The notes under the pieces were generated by a model that was not told the DNA's origin, searched no databases, and worked only from the letters and a program-made list of their open reading frames with translations. DNA of 52,142 nt, filler included, from Dirinaria sp. TL-2023a (Eukaryota), in assembly GCA_051941275.1 (NCBI GenBank). It is 2 parts of 2 records of this genome, joined end to end, with 100 filler letters (N's around TTAATTAATTAA, not from the genome) between each part and the next. Parts side by side here need not be neighbours in the genome. Positions count along the whole stretch, not along the records: positions 26,170 to 52,142 come from JAVEBF010000166.1; 1 more part is not named here. The stretch is one strand, 5' to 3'. Both the position numbers and the translations under genes were made by a program. Below are positions 36,871 to 48,317 of this stretch, piece by piece (the stretch's first letter is position 1; the number at the start of each line of letters is the position of its first letter).

Positions 36871-39800
36871 ATGGCTGGGCAGCCTCCCAACAGCGCTGGT
36901 GCTACAGCCTCTAGGCCCACCACCAATGGAAACACAAATGGGAATATCACAGCAACACCACAGCAGAGAAGCAATGAGCCTCAAATTGGCGGCAGTGCCA
37001 ATGCGCAGAGTGGTGGTATGTCCCAATCAAACCTCAACAGTATTGTAAGAGAATACCTTTCCTTCGATTTAGACTCCTAAGTAAAGCACATGATTTTTTT
37101 TTGAGTTGCCCATTACCCTCTAGCCTCATTTTCTCTTACAGCAGTATGACTTTGATTTCTTTGCTCGGAGCACCTACTGTGGGCAGGGTGTTTGAGCACC
37201 GAGCATCACTGGCTTCCCAAGGATAGGTCTTGTGAACCGCATCGCTTCACTGTTGTGCCAGAATGTTGATGCTCCAATCACTGGGTATCGTACACCGCAC
37301 CTCTTGGCGATGGAATCAGTGGAACATATCTAACGGTGAACATCCACGTGTGTGATATGATCGAAGTGCGAATTTGCGGCCTGTTTCTCATACCAGGAAG
37401 AATTGCACAGCCAGAATTAAAGCAGAAGCTGGAGATTTAGCTTGCAGGCAGGCCATGAGTTCTGCAACAGAATCCCCGCTTACTGATTAAGTCCGCGAGT
37501 CTCCTCAGAAGGATGTTTGTGGTTGGAGACATCTCCGTCTTCAGATATTTTCGAGAGCCGGGCTTGATGTGGCTTAGCTCTGCGCCTGCTCTTCATCTCT
37601 GTCTTCCCTATCTTGTGAGGGAAACACGAACAGACCATATTCAAAGTAGCAAGTTTCCGGGAACCGACATCAACGGGTTGTGATCCGGCCAACATGATTT
37701 AGGCCTTATGGTCAGAGGCAGACACATGACATCATATCCCAGGTCGGTTTCGGAGAATCTTGACTATTTGGACTCTTACACTTCGGTACCTGTACATGAC
37801 CCGGACGCTATTAGAGCCCAGGCATCTCGGACCATTTCATTCATCTTAGTACTCTCTAAAGGATGATAGCCCATCCAAAACTTGCGCAGTAGTGGGCTGT
37901 CTCGACACATCGTGAGTGGACGGCCTAGTCTATACTCACCGCATCTGGCCTTGCGAGAGAAAACGTGGCATGAGTGCGTGGTGCAAGACGCGTGCTAGAT
38001 ACAGTTTTCTTATCTTGTCGTTATGGTTGTGCCTATCGAGTTGAAATAAAGTGATCACATCAAGTCTTACAGCCGTTCGCAACACTTGATCTGCAGCTTG
38101 TGAGCTTACTAGGCCTCAACACCTGACTTGTGAAATTATGTGTATTTCTATAGAACTTCTCTGGCTATTTAGACTGATATAGACCTACAGGTGCTTGAAT
38201 ATCTCTCCAAGAAAGGCTATTCAAAGTCTGAAGCTATGCTGCGCGCTGAATCCGCCGCAAGAGATGTTGAAGGAAGGTCAATCAACGCTAGGATAGAAGA
38301 GCCTCTCGGGGCTAGATACTCCAAAGCTTTCAGTAAGTTTAGCACTTGCGGGTTTCGGAAATCTCGACCTGATCCGGTTTCAGACCTCATGAGAACCTGG
38401 ATCGAAGACAATCTAGACATTTACAAGGTCATGCCGTTGTCCTCGTGGGAGCTCAATGGTCTGACTATCTTTAGGCTGACGCCAGGCGACTGCAATGGCC
38501 AGTCTTTGTCTATTCGTTTCTAAAAATTGTTTCCGAAGATGACACTCAAGAGAGCCGACGATACTTCCAAAGCTATAAAGAGTTATTCGAGTCAGAGCAC
38601 CCGGATGATCTACGCGCACTTGAGCCAGTTTCCCTCAAGCTGCATTTGGAAACCAATGAAACAGCCAAACTCTATCTGAGTAACAAATATCGACTACGCA
38701 TGAGCTCTATGGCATTCAATAATTTCATTGTGTTTCTCGAAAGTAAGGAAAAAGAAGGTTCTGGTCTCTTGCTGGCAATCGTGCAAACGAACCTCCATGT
38801 CGTCACCTTCGAACGTTCTGCAGATACTCAATACAGCCTTGCTAAACTACTTGGGCGCGCACAGACGGTTGAAGATTATCCGGCAGAAGATGAAGGCATC
38901 CCAGGTCACAATCCAGGGTCGGCGAACACGGAACAAGTCGTCGGTTCCAGTGTGCTTACCAGGGTCAAACTCGGGCCACTGCCAATGGACCCGGATTTTA
39001 TGGCGGATGTACGCGCCGACTTGGAAGAAGAGGACTCGAAAAGCCCACCAGCGGAAGGTCAGCTTTCGCTTGCACAAAACTTTGAGCAACAAATCAAGCG
39101 TGAGGAAAGTGAAGATGCCCCAACCCGCGCTGAAGTACCCCTTCCAGTACCCACCGCTCGAGACGTGGCCATGGAGGTTCAGAAAGTCAAAGAAAACCGT
39201 GAGAGATTCAGGATTGAAGGCAGGACCGGGGGTGTCGCTCCCGGAGTTAGTGTGGTTATGTTCACATTCCACAATACTTTCGATAGGTATTGTAGCTCAT
39301 ACCTTCTTTGATATAATTTCTCACTGTTCGCTGTAATAGCATCACATGTCTAGACTTCTCTCAAGACAACGCTCTCGTTGCGGCAGGCACAGATCAATCT
39401 TATATTCGCGTCTGGACCTTGAACGGCGAGGCACTGCCACCATCAGAAGACTCGAGCTCTGCGGAGTTACACCCATCTGCGTCACGACGATTGATTGGTC
39501 ACTCTAGCTGTGTCTACTCATTATCATTTTCGCCATCGACCACTCCTTCAAGTGCCTCCAGCTCCGCGACCGCCTCAACTGCCTCCAAATATCTCTTGTC
39601 CTGCTCTGCAGATAAAACCGTACGGTTATGGTCGCTCGCGACATGGACTTGTCTCGTAGTCTACAGAGGGCATGATGATATCGTTTGGGACGTCAAGTGG
39701 GGCCCGTTCGGGCATTATTTCCTCACCGGATCTCATGACAAAACCGCGCGGTTATGGGCTACGAATGAAGTTTCTTGGTTACGAGTCTTTGTGGGTCATG

Positions 39801-40384
39801 ACAAAGATGTTGACACTGTCTGCTTCCACCCTAACAATGCATACGTCTTTACTGGAAGCTGCGATCGAATGGTCCGGATGTGGAAGGTAACCGACGGAGT
39901 TCCAGTACGTATGTTTACAGGACATGCGGGCAATGTCACTAGTCTGGCTTGTAGCCCGAGCGGCAAGCTTCTGGCTTCGGCAGACGATGCTGGGACAATC
40001 ATCATTTGGGACTTGGCTCCAGGAAAGTTACTGAAGAGAATGCGAGGTCATGGTAAGGGTGGTATTTGGTCGCTAAGTTGGAGTGTGGAATCGACCGTCT
40101 TGGCTTCTAGTGGTATGGACGGTACTGTAAGAATATGGGACATCGCAGTACCCAACGATGCCAATGGACAGGGACGAGTGATCAGTGAAGGTGCTACTGA
40201 ACACAGAATCGACGGCACTTCACAGACACAGGTTCCGGGCGCAGCTGGAGCAAAGAAGAGGGGCAAAGAAGTAGTGGTGACTTCTGATCAGATCAGTGCC
40301 TTCCCTACAAAAAAGAGCCCTGTTTACAAGGTTCAATTTACCCGCCAGAACCTGGTTGTGGCTGGTGGAGCGTATATGCCCTAA
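36871..40384 (+). CDS. TAF5: TFIID/SAGA subunit Taf5 (LisH, NTD2, WD40); first intron is 1146 nt (37045-38190)
   Basis: LNSI|VLEYLSKKGYSKSEAMLRAE (LisH), WIEDNLDIYK, and WD40 repeats (WDVKWGPFGHYFLTGSHDKTARLW, FHPNNAYVFTGSCDRMVRMW). The C-terminus is FPTKKSPVYKVQFTRQNLVVAGG. Confidence 0.95.
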
Positions 40385-40635
40385 CAACATGGTATCACCT
40401 TGCGATACGATACCTGCCACGTCTTCAGCGCTGAGTTTGCTGGAGCAAAGATTCATCAAACGAATTCTGGCTGATGGTATCTAAAAGAAGGTAGACGATA
40501 TCCAGGAAAATGCATAGGAGATGGGAAAGAGAAGCTTCGGGCACGCTTCGAAGTACGGCGTCAGTCGAAAACGCTCAATAAATAGTTCAAGAGCAGGTGT
40601 GTTTAAAAGACGCCAAGAATACATTGATTCCTCTA

Positions 40636-41525
40636 TCATTTCTTCTCCTTTTCCTCGCTTGTGTTCCTTCGGGTGAGTATCTCGTCTACAATGCCCAGCT
40701 CCAAAGCTTCTTCCGCGCCCATGAATTTGTCTCTTTCCATGAGCCTTTCTATTTCCTCCAAGGTATGCGGCTTTGTCAAATGCTTCATGTAGATCCCATT
40801 CAACTGCTCCCGTACCCTCAGTATCTCCTTTGCATGGATTGCAATGTCGCTTGCTTGCCCGAAATACCCGCCACTCGGCTGATGCACCATGATGCTGCTG
40901 TGGGGCAAGCAGAAGCGCTTTTTGGGCGCCCCACCGCAGAGCAGCAAGGATCCCATAGAGGCCGCTTGGCCTACACAGGTCGTCGTGACTGGAGATGAGA
41001 TATAGGTCATGGTATCGTATATGGCCAGACCAGCCGTCACTGAGCCGCCGGGGGTATTGATGTAGAGACTGATGGGCTTTTCGGGGGCATCGGCTTCGAG
41101 GAAGAGGAGCTGCGCGACGATGGAGGCGGAGACTGACTCGTCCACGGGGCCATTGAGGCAGACAATACGTTCCTACGTAGTGTACTTGCTTAAAAAGCTG
41201 CGTCGGTGGACGGCATGGGGTAGCCATACCATTAGTAGACGCGAGAAAATGTCATCTTCGAACCGTTAGTCTTCACCGCCTCTTCAAGGCTTTCGTAAAG
41301 GGTCCTACGTGTCCGCCAGCCACCTCCCTAGAGGGTCAGTAAAGTTTAGAGAACCGCATATATAGAGCATACCACGGTCTCGGTCACATAGGGTGTCGGC
41401 ACCCATCCTTTCGGTCGTAGTGCATTCGGAGCCTCAGAGAAACGCCGTTGACCAAGCTTTGAAGCATTGCAGAGGCCCACTCTAGTCAGGACCGGCTTCG
41501 TCAAAGGAGATAGTAAACTGAACAT
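40636..41525 (-). CDS. clpP: Mitochondrial ATP-dependent Clp protease proteolytic subunit; 4 exons including 19-nt (41327-41309) and 26-nt (41255-41230) micro-exons
   Basis: [36 protein letters not shown]..., [20 protein letters not shown], catalytic GQAASMG and MVHQP, and MERDKFM. Confidence 0.95.
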
Positions 41526-41695
41526 TGGTAGGAGCTGCTGAACCAAGTGACTGCAGTAAAGCGTTCTATCCAACGATGCTCAGAGCTTCACTAGCGCGGG
41601 AGCTCTGGACGGCGCGCGCCAAGCCATGCGGTTCTCCTTTAAATTTCCCCCATGACTGCCACTATTGCCCATTCTACCTACAGCTCGGATGGGTG

Positions 41696-43010
41696 ATGTG
41701 GAGATGTTTACTGGCGCGAGGGTGTCAGACAAAGCTATGGCTGCATCAAGAACTACATGTACTAAGCAGATGCCGCCCTCAATATCTGTCTACCAAACAG
41801 TCTAATTGTCAAGCTCCCTCCGGGTCTCCAGATAGCGGGGCTGCTTCTTCGCTCGAGGGACAGGATTGGTTGGGAGCCTACGAAGATGAAGAAGTCCAAG
41901 ATGGCCTACAGTCATCTTCTCCGGAGCTGGATCTACCAATATCGCCATTGATAGATCCTAAGCTTATTGCTGCCCGTGAGCGTCACCGGACCCCAAAGCC
42001 GGCACCTGGTGAGAACGTGTCCGAGTTCTCGCAAAAATTACGGAACAATCCATATGGTGAGCATACTAGCACTCAACCTCTAGGCTAAAGTCGTGCGCCG
42101 GCTGACATCTGCTGCAGCTCTAGCCATGGCAACTCCAGTGCGGACTTGCAGCCTTACGGGCTTCAGGCTCCCGGCGTACTTCCACCTGCGCTTTGGTCTC
42201 CAAACCCATCCTGTGACCGGGGCACCTTGGCATCTACCCCGAATGGCTGCGAACAAAGTTCTCAAGCCTTCTAAAAAGAGGCAGGCACTGGAAGACAAAA
42301 ACCCCCCCCCAACAACATCTGCAGATCACGAGGAACCTTCCGATCCACAAACGCATCGCCAGCCCGCAGTTTCCGGACCAAAGTCTGTGCGGACTTTATC
42401 CGGCTCGTATCTCCCAGCGCGGGCGACCGCGCTCCGCTACGTTTCGAAGTTGAAGCGCAAGTATTATATACGCATCATCCCTAACCTGTGGAAAGAAGGC
42501 ACCACGATAAAGACCGACAACATCGTTTGGCGCGAGGACATGGAATCGTATGTGCTCGCGCTGATGCGCACGGAGGTCATCCATCACCTCTCATACCTGA
42601 GCTCGTTGCCGTCGGGATACATTGTCCGTTGCGACGACTGGGACCGCATCGACCAGCACCACCAAGTCGGCGCGATCCTGTGGCTGGGAGATCTCGAGCC
42701 GCCGCGGCGGAAGGAAGACTCCCTTCTTGGTGCGGGGGGCTCTGCTGACACAGCGGATGACGACGAGCGGCAACCGCGTGCCTCGGAAAAGGATCAAGGC
42801 CCGCCCCCGTACGCGATGGTGTATTATCGACGACACCATATCCCCGTGTATAATGCTCCGGTTTTGCTCGGAAACGACCGTCTGCATTCGTTGTGCAAAG
42901 ACACCGTTGCCCTGCGGGGCAACCTTGCAATCATCAAGCGGAAGCACAATACCGTGGACTTGCAAATGGCGCTCTGGAAATTGATGGGGTACCTTGCGCC
43001 GGATGACTGA
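41696..43010 (+). CDS. Conserved hypothetical protein, probably mitochondrial (RRG8-like N-terminal motif); 2 exons
   Basis: Intron 42057-42117 joins KLRNNPY|ALAMATPVRTCSLTGFRLPAYF. The long open second exon ends LQMALWKLMGYL. The N-terminus is presequence-like. The family assignment is from memory only. Confidence 0.65.
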
Positions 43011-43597
43011 AAGGTTTCGGAGTTGGGAGAGCGAAACATATTTAGTTAGCTGGGGCGTTGTGGCCTGCAGCAGCCAGCAACCCTACATACTTTTCCTACG
43101 GATGCACTCATCAGAGCTTAGTGGCTAGAGATAGTCGAGTCGCATCAAAGGTTTGCCCCCGTAAGAAGGCCCTTGGCGGCGCAATATAAGAGCCAGGTTT
43201 GGCTCTGGCCTAGCATTGTAGGCCTCCAACGTCACAGCGGCAGGTCGAAAGTACTCCGTATCAATCACGGACACAGAAGGCTCTTTCAGGAGCTCGTCAG
43301 GGAATCAAGCGATTTGCATGTTTAATGCTATCACATATATACTATCTCCACTATTTGTGCATACCTTCCAAAGCCTGTGACCAACTACAATAAGTAGAAG
43401 AAGAAGAAGATACAGAGGGGAAAAAAAGGCCTGCCCATAAAAAAAAACAATGCAAGTAATGCTCTCCCACCTTTTAACACCGCCGCTTTATGTACGTTTT
43501 GTTCTCAAGTAACCCGCACCAAAATAAAAAAAAAAGAAAAAGAAAAGAAACCGCACCTTTTACGAGACTTTTGGACCGGCATCACAAGCCCCTTAAC

Positions 43598-45249
43598 CTA
43601 CTTACCTCTCACCAGCTGGCCCAACCTCTTCTCCAGCACAGTCCTACCCTCCAAAGTCCGCCACACCTCATGCGGTGCACGATTGACGACGTCCCAAGCT
43701 TTCAAGTTATCCGTAAGCTTGGTCAGATCTTTCTGCTTCTTCTCCCACTCTCGGTCTCTTCTGACTTCGATGCCCGAGCTCACCACCACGAACGGCGTGT
43801 GCTCCTTCTCCTCCAGAACGCGAGCCTGCAAGACCTCGTTCTTGGTCAAAGAGTCCGCCACCAAATTCTCCTGTAGCTTCGCTTTGATGAATTTGCCGCC
43901 CTGATACGCGGATCTGCCGTAGACCCGATCTTGCCTCGTGCGCCCTTTGAAGATCGCTCCGGCGAGCCGGTCATACCCGAGCGGTGATATGATCCCTCGA
44001 GCCCAGAGGACGAACCCGCGGCCTGGCGATGCGATGCGATGGAGGAGATCTTCGTGCAGGGTGTCGATCAAGAGAAGCCCTGCAATTCCGCCGGGGTTTC
44101 TGCTGGAGAAGATCCGGCTGTAAATCCCCCCCACACCTTGTGATACGACAACCCAAGGCGCTTCCTCGCCGGCGCGGGCTAGTGCTTCCGCAAGAGCTCC
44201 GGCCGTCATACCAGCGGAGTGGGGAGAAGGTGCGTTGTCCGACCATCCAAGGCCGGGGCGGTCATAGTAGCAGAAGCGGTCAATGGTGCCGTTCATGTAT
44301 GCATTGTAAATCCAGTCATAGAATGTATCTTCAACAGGGTTCTCGCCACCTTCGACAAGGACAGTAGGAGTGCTGGTCTTGTTACCCTGGCATGCCAGGT
44401 GAAGCTGGTACTTATCGCCGTCGACGTAATAACGCGTCCCTGGTGGTGCGAGGGTTGCATCGCGGGAGCGTAGAATGAGCGTTGCTGTAAGCAGTATCAC
44501 GATGATGGTCATGACCACCATGATGACAGTAGCTGTAAGTACGGCGCACCATTCACGAAGTGTCCGGCGAGTCTCTTGACGCCCAGTCAAGCGCTCTTCT
44601 TCCTCTTTCTTGCCCCACGCTACCACTCGATCTGTCATAACGTTGTATAACGCCACCAAGGCCGCCCAGATGACGGATGCTATGCCAACCCAGCCTTCTT
44701 CGATCCGCAGTCTCGGCACAGCCAGAATAATTATCATGTCGATGAGCAGGAATGCCGAAACGATCAGTGTCAGAATCTCCATAGGTTTCGACGGTACGGT
44801 GAAGAACAAGATGGCGATGAGGAGGTTTCCGATGGTAAGTGTGGTGTATGAAAAGTCGAAAAAGCCGGATCCTCGAGAGTGCATCATCGGCGGGCTGACG
44901 AAGGTGGAGACCAGCAATAGAACCCACCACAGGAAGCTGATGATAATGAAGATCACGGACAAGTATCGCAAGGCCCTGACGCTCCACAGGTTGTAGGGAG
45001 ATACCTGCAGAAGAGCTGTCAGTGAGCGGGAAGGGCACCACGACAGCGCGCACTTACGGCGGGATCGTCTGGGTCAAGGTAGCCATCGTTGCGAGGTGGC
45101 AGCAGTCTCGTCCGCTCGTCGGCATCATGCCCTCCTCTGCGATCACCAGCGTGGGACGGCTGCCTGCTGTTGTCGCCATCTGTGGATGCAGCTCCGTCTC
45201 CATCTACGTTATTTTCGCCGCCGTTTTTCGAACCCCATAAGGAGACCAT
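43598..45249 (-). CDS. Integral membrane protein with DUF2417 N-terminus and alpha/beta-hydrolase-fold C-terminus; 2 exons
   Basis: DERTRLLP...YLDPDDPA|VSPYNLWSVR, five hydrophobic helices, and CYYDRPGLGWSDNAPSPHSAGM. Confidence 0.85.
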
Positions 45250-45927
45250 TCTGACTCCGCGAAAGGGTAACTCTGCAGTTCAAGAATTGCCCGCCGAGTA
45301 GGAAGCGCTGGGAGCTTGGGCGGTTTGGAGTGTGGCTCGGAGATGGGGTAAGAGCTTGGCAGGTCAACCGTAGCAGGAGTAGCAACTAGCGAAGCGCAAA
45401 AGCAAGCGCCCCTCGGCCGTGTCTGGGCTCTGACGTCAGGTGGCACTGAGCGGGATCTCTATCCTGCCCTGTTTGCGTGATTGAAGAGGCGAGTAGTGTA
45501 TGCATGCAAATGGAAAGCCGAGTAGAAGCGATGCGAGCTAAAAGAAACCTTACGACAAGAAGAAACGGAGGAGAAAGGGGGGGAAATGGGGACAATGAAG
45601 GAGAGGGGGAGAGTGGGGGGGAGACGATCCCCGCGTCAAGAGAGAAGAGATTGTTATTATCACGTTATTGAAATGCTGTCACATGCTCATGGATGTCCTG
45701 CTGTCCTAAGGTAGGTACTTTAGATAGTAGACTTAGTAGTACTGTACAGTACAGTACAGCACCTTGGTACCTTACTGTATCTGGCATACCTCAGTAGTCT
45801 CGCTTTCCGATCCCCCAATCACTCATACTTTATCTCGTTCCAAGATATCCAGATCGTGCATACGGTGCGCTCTGGATTGGCTACACTAAGATCAATCCAT
45901 TGGTACTCGGTCTTCCAATTCGCTGCT

Positions 45928-47475
45928 ATGAGCGAGCTGCAGCGCTCATTTGCCAAAGCCAAGCTTGCTGGACTTCCCTTCCAACCTCCCCTACCCCAGA
46001 CCACCGCTCACGGCTTCGACGGGGAGGAGGGAGAGGAAGATGTCGACGAGGACCCCAGAGATGATCTGAAACCCTTGCCCGATCGGAGATCTACCGACGA
46101 CGATTCTTCATCCTCCGCCTCCTCGGCTTCATCCGCCTCTTCCACTGGCACCATCAAGCCATCGCCCAGTAAGCATCTCTTTGCTAGGCCCAAGGGGTTG
46201 GTGATTCCTTCTTACCAGTGTTTGTTCCTGGGTTGACTGTTGGGTGTTGTTGAATGCTGCCTCTCGTTGCATGCTGTGCCGATATCTGTTTCTATATACG
46301 TTGCCACTAGAGGTCAGGAAGTGTTTGTGTCTGATCATAGTTCTTCACCGTCTAGCGCTGCCAATGGGAAGAGACCCTTGGATCCACTACCCTGGAACGA
46401 TTTCTTCGCTCAAGAACTCTATCTGGACAGCCAGCGAGTCGACCATGACATCACGCATCATGTCTACTTCACCCCACCACAGGCGAAAGGGCCACTGTTC
46501 GTGACGCACCATGGAGCTGGTTCGTCCGGATTATCGTTCGCATTGTTTGCTTCTGCAATTCGCAAAGCTTTACCAGATGCTGGTGTACTTTCCGTCGACG
46601 CTCGAGGTCATGGGGAGACCGTAGTCAGGAAAGAAGGTGAACCAGCTGCGAATGATCTCCTGGATCTACGCCTCGAGAGCTTGAGCCAGGACCTCCTAGA
46701 CGTCCTTGCGCTGATCCAGAAAAAATTGGAGTGGCCGGAACTCCCAGGACTAGTGCTCATTGGCCACAGTCTTGGGGGTGCCGTCGTGACCGACGTAGCG
46801 GCAAGTGGACAACTGGGCACTGCAGTGCTGGGTTATGGTGTCCTTGACGTAGTTGAAGGCTCTGCAATCGACGCACTCCAAAGCATGCAGTCATATCTCT
46901 CTGGAAGGCCGAAGGCTTTCCCATCGCTCGCTTCAGGGATCGAGTGGCAGTAAGTCAATTTCAAAGAGCTAAGTTTACCTCCTTACACTTTCTAGCATCC
47001 GTTCGCGGACGATCCGGAATCCCACATCCGCTCGAATTTCCGTTCCCTCACTTCTGCGCGAAGTGCACTTTTCACAATCCTCTGCCACGGAGGATCCGTT
47101 CTGGACGTGGAGGACTGATCTTGCGGCAACTGAACCATTCTGGGAGCACTGGTTTGTCGGACTAAGCAAGAAGTTCCTAGGAGCGAAAGGAGGGAAGCTA
47201 CTGTTGCTCGCTGGGACTGACAGATTAGACAAGGAACTGATGATCGGGCAGATGCAAGGTATTAACACCTCTCGTCGAACCGTCCTCTACGAGCGCAGTA
47301 CTAACAGTGAACAGGCAAATATCAACTTCAAGTTTTCCCGGAAGCTGGCCATTTCATTCACGAGGACCAAGCAGAGAAGACTGCTATGGTTGTAGCGGAC
47401 TTTTACAGGAGGAATGATCGAAGTGCATTAGTCTTGCCACCTAAGGTAGGAGACATGCTTCAGAATCATAAATGA
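45928..47475 (+). CDS. PPE1: Protein phosphatase methylesterase 1 (PME-1); 4 exons
   Basis: HHGAGSSGLSFA, DARGHGET, GHSLGG nucleophile elbow, VLDVVEGSA, LLLAGTDRLDKELMIGQMQG|KYQLQVFPEAGHFIHED. Confidence 0.93.
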
Positions 47476-48317
47476 AATACCTTTCTCGCTTTGCAGATTG
47501 GGAACGACAGGCCAGTGCCAGGTATCGCAGATGATGTAAAGATGAAAGCTTTTCTATCCAGTTTTACATTACCAGCAGCCCTGCCTCGGAATATTCCTAC
47601 GGTGCCATGCCCGAAAAGATGTAGAGCGGACACAAGCCCTATACTAGCGTCGCTTGTACTCACGCTGATTGTACAACAAGACTATCAATAGATGAACCGA
47701 TACTGCAAATGTGAGGCTATCAGGGCTGAGCGTTCTGTTCCCAAGCACACTGAGCTCCCAAAGGTACCAATGAGCTAATAAAGTTTATTGTAATTGGACC
47801 GAAGATCCGGGCGACGATCACGTTGGGCTCTGGTGGTCAAATGATGCCAGTAATGTTCTTGAAACTCTGGTTGGGTGCAAATTGATCTCCATGAGCTATT
47901 TTGTATGCAAGCACCACGATTCTCCTTTTCCTACAAAGCCTTCAAGATTGAGTGTAGCCTGTCCTTGCCCTCTTGCTGCGACTTCTCCTCACACAAGGTT
48001 GCGTCGCTGAGGCCAGACATCACTGGCATGTCGCCGCTGACTGGGTCTCCGCCTTCTCTTTACTTTAAGTTGCTTGCTTAAAAAGGATAGTCTTGTCCAA
48101 GGGTTGTTTGGTAGTCACATGTACATAGAAGGCTTGCAACCCACCCATTATCATGATACGATGTCATAACAATGACCCTCTATCTCCTTCCAAGCCCTGA
48201 TTTAATGATCCTAGTCCTGAGTGTTGTGCAGGTTCTCCAAGACGGTAAAGGGGTTTGAATAAAAACCCTAGAAACAATAACATATGACGGAGAAAAAGAC
48301 CCGATTTCCCAACCAAG

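Noticed and set aside
45706..45780. GTAC-rich palindromic tract in the DUF2417/PPE1 promoter as a MITE
   Set aside because: No terminal inverted repeats or target-site duplication; it looks like low-complexity intergenic sequence.
47445..47691. Extra 3' exon of PPE1 via GTAGGA...TTGCAG
   Set aside because: The unspliced end LPPKVGDMLQNHK* already resembles fungal PME-1 C-termini and the branch point is weak.
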